Virus record (IMG/VR): IMGVR_UViG_3300032087_002465
Coordinates: 1-26,154 of that record
Length of the DNA: 26,154 nt
From: a virus
Lineage: Duplodnaviria; Caudoviricetes
Strand: one strand, 5' to 3'
Shown here: piece by piece, positions 6,860 to 13,847 of the stretch
Layout: every line of letters starts with the position of its first letter
How positions within the stretch are numbered: position 1 is the stretch's first letter
Notes under the pieces: generated by a model
Seen by the model: the letters and a program-made list of their open reading frames with translations, nothing else
What the model was told of the DNA's origin: nothing
Database searches by the model: none
Position numbers and translations under genes: made by a program

Positions 6860-7227
6860 TTTTTATCCTTCACTTTGCCAACGACACCTTCGAGCATCCC
6901 GCCGCCAAAGTAGAATGCCAGAATGGTCAGCATTGCCTCACCAACGTAAAAATCATCGATGACTTGCTTTATTTCAGGAATGTTGGCCTGACCCATCAAG
7001 GTCATCACAAGCACAAGGAAAAACGAAATGAGGAATGTGCCGGTGAACATGAGGGCCAGATAGCGCTGCGCTACTTTAAACGGCGCATAGGCTTTCATTG
7101 TGTCAATCTTGGCCTGCGCTTTGACGCGCTCCATTTCCTCATCAGAACTGTGGACATCATCAATCAAGTCCATGCCTTTTTTGATGACATCACCATTGCC
7201 CAATATGGACGCAAGAACTGCAAGCAT
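6856..7227 (-). CDS. Putative holin (GTA 3TM-holin-like)
   Basis: Amphipathic N-terminus, charged linker (SDEEMERVKAQ), hydrophobic segments ending LAFYFGG, basic tail; ATGA-coupled to the endolysin. Confidence 0.7.
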   Translation of the reverse strand: MLAVLASILGNGDVIKKGMDLIDDVHSSDEEMERVKAQAKIDTMKAYAPFKVAQRYLALMFTGTFLISFFLVLVMTLMGQANIPEIKQVIDDFYVGEAMLTILAFYFGGGMLEGVVGKVKDKK

Positions 7228-7228
7228 A

Positions 7229-7549
7229 TTATTTCCTATCTATCCAAGTCGTAAAGCCCATGTAAGCGCCAACAACGCCTGACAAACTGATGTACAGCAG
7301 TGGGCTGACCTCACTGAGCAGCTTGATGCGGCTATCAGGCACAAAGGGCATAAACAGCATGATTGTGTAGACGCCAATGCCAATCAGCGAATATCTGGCC
7401 AGTCGCAGTTGTGCTAGGTGCTTGCGTGATCTGTCCTCAAACTCGCGTATCTCTTTTGCGCGTTCAATCTCCGCATCGCTTACGATGCCATCATCATCGA
7501 GGTCGTACTTTTCAAACTCGCTGGACGGCTCAAGTTTTTTCTGGGCCAC
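7229..7549 (-). CDS. Two-TM membrane protein with an EF-hand-like loop (lysis-cassette associated)
   Basis: DLDDDGIVSDAE loop, two hydrophobic segments, GVVGAYMG end; directly upstream of the holin. Confidence 0.7.
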   Translation of the reverse strand: MAQKKLEPSSEFEKYDLDDDGIVSDAEIERAKEIREFEDRSRKHLAQLRLARYSLIGIGVYTIMLFMPFVPDSRIKLLSEVSPLLYISLSGVVGAYMGFTTWIDRK

Positions 7550-7553
7550 GGTT

Positions 7554-9578
7554 TTACTGACCAGTTATATTGGCCTGCATATTGGCGACAAAAGCGTTTA
7601 CTGCTTCGGCAAGTTCAGGGTCTTTGCCGGGCAGAACGGCAAGGCGACCAAGCTGTACTGCTAAAGGATTTACGCCACGATTTGTTGCCTGTGCAGTGGT
7701 TTTAAGCCAGCGAATGAACTTAGGTGATGTCATTAGCTTGGCTGCATAGCGCGGAGCAAGCAACGTGCCGCCTGCTGCTGCCGCAGAGGTTGCCGCGCCG
7801 CCCAAATCGCCACTAAAAGCCAGACCACCAGCAAGCGCCAAAGAAGCTCCAGTTGTGGCAATTTGCACAAATCCTGCGCCGGTCACTCCTGAACGTGATT
7901 TGTTTATTTCACCAATGTTTTCTGCTGCCACCTCTGCTAACCGCGCCAAAGAATCAAGCTCTTTGCGAACTTCTTTAAATCTAGGCGCACCAAACAAAAT
8001 GTCTTTGCTGCGCTTGTCCATATTGCGCCAGTTGGTTAAAAACACATTGGCAGACCATTCGCCGCCACCTTCAGTTGCTGACCCGCGTATGCCCAAACGG
8101 CCCATGACACTGGCGCTCACTGCATCCCGCTCTGGCTTGGTCAAAACTTTAAAAACGTCTTTTATACGTTGACCACCGCGCTTTCCCTCTTGCATGGCAA
8201 AACTGAAAACTTGGCTATCCAAATTTTGGCGTGAAATTTTGTCGATTGTTTTCAATTGGTCGTTGGCAGTCTGCCGCGTGTAATCATTGGCACGGCGCAA
8301 CAAGCGTGCAGCTTGCGGTGATGCTGCCTCGACCGCCTGATCAATATCGTTGCTTAACGCAGAATAAATGCTGGGCAGTTTTTTGTCACCAGCTTTAAAC
8401 ACTCTGACTGTCTGTCCGGGCAGCGTTGAGCCAATAGCTTCACCAATATTAGTGCGAATTGACCTAGCAGTTCTCAAATCAAGTTGACCACCGGCCGCAT
8501 CTGCATCTTTCAAAATGACTCCAAGTTGTCTTAACGCTGGTGCATATTCGTCTTTTAATGCGTTGGGCGCGGCTGCTAATTGTGTTTTTAATTCTGCTTG
8601 CAGTGTACGCAATGAACCCATTGGTATGCTGATTTCACCAGCGGCATCATAAGCAGCATCATAAAGCTGGCTTTGCTTTGTTTTTATTATATCTTTTGCC
8701 GCGATTGCCCCTGTGCGAATGGCGCTGCCAATCACCTCAGGGCTACCTTGAGGGTCGCCAAACTTTCTTGAAATTTTGGCAGCAGCGTCACCTAATTCTT
8801 CAATCACTCGGGTGCGGTTTGTTCGAATAATATCAGATGCAGAGAAAAACGATGCTAACGCTTCTTCGGCCTGCCCAACTGATGGACGCCCTGTCAATGT
8901 TGCCGCTGTCGGCTGTACATCAAGTCTAGCAAAATCCTCTGCCCTTTGCCCAGGGCTGATGCCTGTTAACCGTTGCGTGCCTTTTTGGATACCAGTCTTC
9001 ACGCCTCTAAACGCTGTGTCAGCTAATCGGCCACCCATCATTTCCAAGCCGATGTTGGTCGCAGCCTGACCTGTTTCTTGCAGTGGCGTACCGCGTGGTA
9101 TAGCACCACCAGATATCATATCCATAGTGCGGTCATACATTTGACCACCGAACTCTGCGCCAAGGGCAGCGCCTGCTGGCACGGTGTAGACTTCTTCAGG
9201 CGTTAGAGCCTGTGGCCCCATTTGTCCAACAGCGAGTGGTATCGCGCCGCCAACCAATCCACCCGCAGTTTCTGCAATAGTGCGACCGCCTTCAACAATA
9301 TCTCCGACATCAACCTTTGGTGGGAAAAAAGATTGAAAGAAACCTGGTGGGTCAAGCACTTGAATAGTGCCGTCATTTTGTAAAAAATAAATAGCGTCAG
9401 CGTCTATTTTTTTTCTTAAAGTATTGTTGTCGGGATTTTTGGCAAGTATGTCTGACCCACGGCGCACATCGTCATAATACTGCCCTAGAACTTCAACCTT
9501 TTGGTTGTCTGGCACAGACGCCAGAACTTCTCTGATGGCTAATGGCGCACCAGTTAAATTTTCAGCTAATTTTGCCAT
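7554..9578 (-). CDS. Putative DNA ejection (internal virion) protein, large
   Basis: 674 aa, Ala/Gly-rich and helical with hydrophobic Gly-rich segments; third gene of the trio after the tail genes (position of P22 gp16). Assigned by position. Confidence 0.6.
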   Translation of the reverse strand: MAKLAENLTGAPLAIREVLASVPDNQKVEVLGQYYDDVRRGSDILAKNPDNNTLRKKIDADAIYFLQNDGTIQVLDPPGFFQSFFPPKVDVGDIVEGGRTIAETAGGLVGGAIPLAVGQMGPQALTPEEVYTVPAGAALGAEFGGQMYDRTMDMISGGAIPRGTPLQETGQAATNIGLEMMGGRLADTAFRGVKTGIQKGTQRLTGISPGQRAEDFARLDVQPTAATLTGRPSVGQAEEALASFFSASDIIRTNRTRVIEELGDAAAKISRKFGDPQGSPEVIGSAIRTGAIAAKDIIKTKQSQLYDAAYDAAGEISIPMGSLRTLQAELKTQLAAAPNALKDEYAPALRQLGVILKDADAAGGQLDLRTARSIRTNIGEAIGSTLPGQTVRVFKAGDKKLPSIYSALSNDIDQAVEAASPQAARLLRRANDYTRQTANDQLKTIDKISRQNLDSQVFSFAMQEGKRGGQRIKDVFKVLTKPERDAVSASVMGRLGIRGSATEGGGEWSANVFLTNWRNMDKRSKDILFGAPRFKEVRKELDSLARLAEVAAENIGEINKSRSGVTGAGFVQIATTGASLALAGGLAFSGDLGGAATSAAAAGGTLLAPRYAAKLMTSPKFIRWLKTTAQATNRGVNPLAVQLGRLAVLPGKDPELAEAVNAFVANMQANITGQ

Positions 9579-9585
9579 GTTTCAC

Positions 9586-10860
9586 CTAAAATTCAATGTC
9601 GCCAGGGTCATCGTCACTTGTCATGGCGAATTCCAATTTGATTAATCCAGGAATATTTCGGCCTGCACCAAAAGCATCCACATTTGTATTAAAATTGTCG
9701 ACAAGCCTTTTGAGCTTAAATCTCACAGTTTCAGCCGTATCGGTTGCGGCAGGCAAAATTTGATTGAAAAAGAATTGTCTTTCCTCTGGAGGCGCAGTTG
9801 CGCCAGATCGGTCGCGTGTTGTTAAATCTGCCAAATTGTTTAGGGCATTTTTAATTATTTGAATATCTCCGCTAAACGCACCAGCAGCAGGCGTGTTCAA
9901 TCCGACTACCAATGATCTATTGACATCGCCACCTAAACCGTCAGGAAACAATTTGTTTAAAACAGCGTTCAAATCAACTTTTGCAGACGACAAGTTAGCT
10001 ACAAATTTAGATTCGGTTGATGAAAGTTGCGCTGGTTTTTGGGCTACAACTGTACCGCCTGGTATGCCAGCAACGTCAGCGCCGCCTGTTGTGCCAGCGG
10101 TTGGATCGCCTTGCAATGCGGCGTCTCCCGTGACCGTCTGACCGCCAGTGATGGAGCTTACGTCTAAGCCAGGTTGCATTACGGTAACAGTGCCGCCTGC
10201 TCCGTCAGGCACTACCACCGGACGTGGCCTAGCTAAATCTTTAGTAAATAAATCTAATCGCATTTGCTCCTGTTGCGTCAGGTTATCTGTTTGGCTTAAT
10301 CGAATCACTTCATTAATTTGATCGAAACGGTTTGAAATATCACCAGAAACTTGTGAACCACTGGGCGGAAAGATTGCACCGAGCGTGTCTATTTGATAAA
10401 CGCCCAAACTAGGGTCACGCCCTGTGGCCTTAACCTCATCTGGAGTCATATCTCGCCTAGTGTTTTTAGGTGTTCTACCAGCAACGGTGGTTTGATAATT
10501 TGCCGCCGCAGTTAGGGCCGGTATTTCCATGCCCGGCACTCGACCCAATGTAGTTATAGCGGATGGGATATTATCACCCAGACCAGTCAAAGCGGTTGCT
10601 AATTGATTGCTATATTCACTCTCACGCTCGACTTGTGCGTCACCAGCCTTGCGCTGTAGATATGCGCCCACCAATGCGCTAGACAGCCTGCCAAGCCCTT
10701 GCAAGGGCGTTCTAACAGGCGCAGAACTAGCGCCTTGTCCCATCAGCGTCTGGCCTAAGATGCGGCGCGGATCAGACTGAAATGCCTGATTTAGCTGCTG
10801 ATACTGCATACTAGGCCGCGTGTTACCCAGCCCCAGCATTTGCCTTGGATTTAGTGCCAT
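9586..10860 (-). CDS. Putative DNA ejection (internal virion) protein, middle
   Basis: 424 aa; PVRTPLQGLGRLSSALVGAYLQRKA N-terminal helix; position of P22 gp20. Confidence 0.6.
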   Translation of the reverse strand: MALNPRQMLGLGNTRPSMQYQQLNQAFQSDPRRILGQTLMGQGASSAPVRTPLQGLGRLSSALVGAYLQRKAGDAQVERESEYSNQLATALTGLGDNIPSAITTLGRVPGMEIPALTAAANYQTTVAGRTPKNTRRDMTPDEVKATGRDPSLGVYQIDTLGAIFPPSGSQVSGDISNRFDQINEVIRLSQTDNLTQQEQMRLDLFTKDLARPRPVVVPDGAGGTVTVMQPGLDVSSITGGQTVTGDAALQGDPTAGTTGGADVAGIPGGTVVAQKPAQLSSTESKFVANLSSAKVDLNAVLNKLFPDGLGGDVNRSLVVGLNTPAAGAFSGDIQIIKNALNNLADLTTRDRSGATAPPEERQFFFNQILPAATDTAETVRFKLKRLVDNFNTNVDAFGAGRNIPGLIKLEFAMTSDDDPGDIEF

Positions 10861-10869
10861 GTTTTACCC

Positions 10870-12048
10870 CTATGAAAGCAGATAAGCTGCGCCGAGGTTT
10901 CCGGCGAGGCCGAATAAACCGCCTAAGTTTGATGCTTGATTATTCATTGCTTGAGAATAAGCATTCTGTTGCGCCGCCATCTGTGCAGCAAAGGCACCCT
11001 GCGTGTCGATTGATCCCGGTGCAAAGAACGATGCCTGCTGCACTTGTGGGCCACCAAGCAGTGCCGCCAGTTCGTTAAAGTTCTGACCGCGCAGCGCGTT
11101 ACGCTCTGCAATCTGACGGCTACGATTCTGATTGGCAATCTGATTAGAAAGCAACTGGTTAGCAACAGTGTCTTGACGCGCTGCATTAGCCAATTGCGCG
11201 TTTGCTGCTGCTTGTCCAAAGCCTTGGCCTTGTGCCGCCAGACCGAACTCGCCAGCCGCCGCACGCTCACCAAACTCCTGTTGCCGCGCCGCACGCGATT
11301 GGTTGACCAGCCGGTCTGATTCCTGACCCGCCGCCAATGTGGCCTGCTGCGCCAGCCGACCAAGCTGTTCGCCTTGCTGGCTCTCAAATCGGTTTATGGC
11401 TGAATCATAAGCCTCTGAGGTAATTGGAATACCTCTGTCAGCAAGGTTCTGCTCAAGGGTTTCCCTTTGCCGCGTGAACTCTGGCTGCAACAGCCCTAGC
11501 TGCCGATTGTACAGCGTCTGTTCGATGTTGCTTCTAAACGCCTCTGGATCACTTTGCAGGGCTGTCAGGCCGGTTGTGTCAATGCCAGTTGGCAAAGCTG
11601 TCGGGCTGTTGATGCTGCTTTGGAACGCAGGCAGGCCAGTGGTCGGGTCAATGTTCTGTGCCGCCGTAATGCCTGCTAAAGTAGGGGCTGTTCTAAACGG
11701 ATTCTGAAAATCTGGGTCAGCCTCATAGATCGGTGAGCCGTCAGGGTTTTGCCCCGTAACAGTGCGACCAGAAATACGGTCAAACGCTACATTGCCAAGA
11801 CCCAAACCAGTGCCTTCGGTGGCGGCACGCATCTGCGCTTGAAACGGCGTTTCCTGCGTGAACGCAGCGGTTTGAAAGTCACCATCTTCCGGCGCTCTGC
11901 CCTGCATAAATTGACCTTGATCACCTACATAACCAAATAACAAATTGCCCTGCGGCGTGTATTGGTTAATGCGGTTCGCGTCAGCTTGAGCGTTGATTAA
12001 CTCGTTAGGATTTGGCGCGGGTGGTGGTGATGGCGCTCTCTTGCCCAT
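10870..12048 (-). CDS. Putative DNA ejection / pilot protein, first
   Basis: MGKRAPSPPPAPNP...ANRINQYTPQGNL N-terminus, Q/A-rich coiled coil, C-terminal LGGLFGLAGNLGAAYL; follows a GNAT gene as P22 gp7 follows gp14; TAAGGA SD. Confidence 0.7.
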   Translation of the reverse strand: MGKRAPSPPPAPNPNELINAQADANRINQYTPQGNLLFGYVGDQGQFMQGRAPEDGDFQTAAFTQETPFQAQMRAATEGTGLGLGNVAFDRISGRTVTGQNPDGSPIYEADPDFQNPFRTAPTLAGITAAQNIDPTTGLPAFQSSINSPTALPTGIDTTGLTALQSDPEAFRSNIEQTLYNRQLGLLQPEFTRQRETLEQNLADRGIPITSEAYDSAINRFESQQGEQLGRLAQQATLAAGQESDRLVNQSRAARQQEFGERAAAGEFGLAAQGQGFGQAAANAQLANAARQDTVANQLLSNQIANQNRSRQIAERNALRGQNFNELAALLGGPQVQQASFFAPGSIDTQGAFAAQMAAQQNAYSQAMNNQASNLGGLFGLAGNLGAAYLLS

Positions 12049-12463
12049 TATTTTGTGTCCTTATCCATTTACATTCGCTTCTTAACATTCCCCACAAGAT
12101 TGCATCATGCGGTGGGTATAGCTGCCGCAGCCTGCCCTCTTGCGTGAAGCCAAGCTGGCGGTTCATCTTCATGGCCTTGTCGTTGGCCTCATTGCACGAT
12201 ACGAGCAGTCTGTGTGCGCCCACCTGATTGAACGGGTAGGCAAACAGCGTGAACAGGACAGACCGATTTGCCCAGCGCCGGGAGGAAGCAGCTATTGACG
12301 CCTCGATCTGCCCATCCCGATAATCGTGATACACAGCGGCGCAAATGATCTTGCCATCACGCTCAACGCCGATTGCGGTGCTTGGGCCAAAGCCATCAAT
12401 GCCAATGCGTTTTGCTGCCCACGATTTTAGATAGTCATCAGCCTCAAATATCAGCCGGTTCAC
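12005..12463 (-). CDS. GNAT-family acyltransferase (RimJ/RimL-like, virion morphogenesis module)
   Basis: LFAYPFNQVGAHRL...NEANDKAMKMNRQLGFTQEGRLR...DAILWGMLRSEC matches the N-x-x-A...LGF-x-x-EG GNAT motif. Confidence 0.88.
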   Translation of the reverse strand: MNRLIFEADDYLKSWAAKRIGIDGFGPSTAIGVERDGKIICAAVYHDYRDGQIEASIAASSRRWANRSVLFTLFAYPFNQVGAHRLLVSCNEANDKAMKMNRQLGFTQEGRLRQLYPPHDAILWGMLRSECKWIRTQNNGQESAITTTRAKS

Positions 12464-13161
12464 TTTTGGCTTTCCCGAATCTCTTTAAGAGTTTCTTGGA
12501 TCGTCATTTCCTTCTTGGCATTTGGGTCATATTTGCATTCATATTGGTTTGGTATAAATTCCATGTACTCAAAGAACTGCGTTTCAATTGTGTTATTAGC
12601 ACCCCGAAAAACGCAGACAGTCTGCTTGTTGTCTAGTGTTTCACATTTCACTTTTCGGCAAGTGACCATCACTTCATCGGCATTTGCTTGATAAACGAAC
12701 ATTGCAATCAAACCGGCAACCAATATGCCGACAACAACAATTAGAACAGTGAACACTGCCCACAAATCATCGACTGTTTCCTTTCGCGCTGCCGCCCTCT
12801 GCCGCCGAATTATGACCTCTTTTTCTTTGACCTCTTTGACCCGTTTTGCTCGTTCTTCAACGATGCCCCGCCAAGTCCCGTGGCCGAATCTCATATCAAC
12901 CATCAAAGCAACTTCGCGCATTTGTTCCTGCGCCAACCTTGCGTTTATGACCTCTGTGGCGACATCACCGATGCCGTCTAGGCTAGACACGCCAGACTTT
13001 TTTGCGCGTTGTTGCTGGACTTGCTTTTCGCCCTCAAACAGCTTGTCGATAAAACCAGCAATCTCGCTGATGTCCTTGGCCGTTCCAATGGCCCCCTTGA
13101 TGGCATCTACTGAGGCTTTTACAAGTGCGATACCAGCCAGTGCAGTGGAGATCGGTTCCAT
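12460..13161 (-). CDS. Hypothetical single-TM protein with a Cys-containing C-terminal domain
   Basis: Helical N-terminal region, TM segment LWAVFTVLIVVVGILVAGLIAMFV, C-terminal domain with four Cys; GTGA-coupled to the GNAT gene. Confidence 0.75.
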   Translation of the reverse strand: MEPISTALAGIALVKASVDAIKGAIGTAKDISEIAGFIDKLFEGEKQVQQQRAKKSGVSSLDGIGDVATEVINARLAQEQMREVALMVDMRFGHGTWRGIVEERAKRVKEVKEKEVIIRRQRAAARKETVDDLWAVFTVLIVVVGILVAGLIAMFVYQANADEVMVTCRKVKCETLDNKQTVCVFRGANNTIETQFFEYMEFIPNQYECKYDPNAKKEMTIQETLKEIRESQK

Positions 13162-13356
13162 TCAATACACTTTCATATTCTCAGTGATGGCTTCGGGGAT
13201 GCAATATGCTGTGATCTTTTGCCCTTGCGCGTGTAGCTTTTGAGCAAAATAGACGCAGTCATTTATGTCTCTAAAACGCATGGTTTCAGGCACGCGCCTA
13301 CTGTCCTCTCCAATGCCTACGAAAACGTAGAGGGCGAAAGCAACAAGGGTTTCCAT
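13162..13356 (-). CDS. Small hypothetical protein with hydrophobic N-terminus and two Cys
   Basis: METLVAFALYVFVGIG...FRDINDC...AYCIP; abuts both neighbours. Confidence 0.7.
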   Translation of the reverse strand: METLVAFALYVFVGIGEDSRRVPETMRFRDINDCVYFAQKLHAQGQKITAYCIPEAITENMKVY

Positions 13357-13359
13357 TGA

Positions 13360-13536
13360 TTATGTAAGGATGATGCCTAAAAGCAGCACGATAGTCGTGC
13401 CAGCCGTGCCAATCATAATGTGTTCGATGCGCTTGATACGCAGAATGGTCTCTTTCCAGCGTTCCGCGCAGACCGCCTCATGGGTGTCGATTTGTGCTTG
13501 GACAGATGCAGCGGTGGGCTTAGACACTTTGTGCAT
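13360..13536 (-). CDS. Small coiled-coil protein with C-terminal TM (XhlA-like)
   Basis: Not in the ORF track. Manual translation (MHK)VSKPTAASVQAQIDTHEAVCAERWKETILRIKRIEHIMIGTAGTTIVLLLGIILT; start at ATG 13536 or GTG 13527. Confidence 0.75.
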   Translation of the reverse strand: MHKVSKPTAASVQAQIDTHEAVCAERWKETILRIKRIEHIMIGTAGTTIVLLLGIILT

Positions 13537-13801
13537 CCATCGCAGCTTGATACGCAGTCTTCACACTATCGCTCCACACAGCATTACAAATGCCCTGCAC
13601 CTCTGCGCTTTCGCCAGAGATGTCTGTGTCGCCCCAAGTGTCGCCGGTCTTGGTGCTTGGCTGCAAAACGTGCCGTGAAAAGCTACGGCTAATCTCTTCG
13701 CCATCACGCTTAATGACTGTTGCTGTGCGTACTTGAACGACTGAAAATGTGCCGCTGTTCACGATTTCGATTTTGTCTTGGATTGTTTCTTCTGTAAGCA
13801 T
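13520..13801 (-). CDS. Putative tail fibre assembly chaperone / fibre-associated protein
   Basis: DKIEIV...VQVRTATVIKRDGEEISRSFSRHVL...VQGICNAVW; strong AGGAG SD; directly after the tail fibre. Confidence 0.6.
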   Translation of the reverse strand: MLTEETIQDKIEIVNSGTFSVVQVRTATVIKRDGEEISRSFSRHVLQPSTKTGDTWGDTDISGESAEVQGICNAVWSDSVKTAYQAAMDAQSV

Positions 13802-13847
13802 TTTTATCTCCTATGCTTGGACTGTCCGACCTGATAATCCAATCAAG

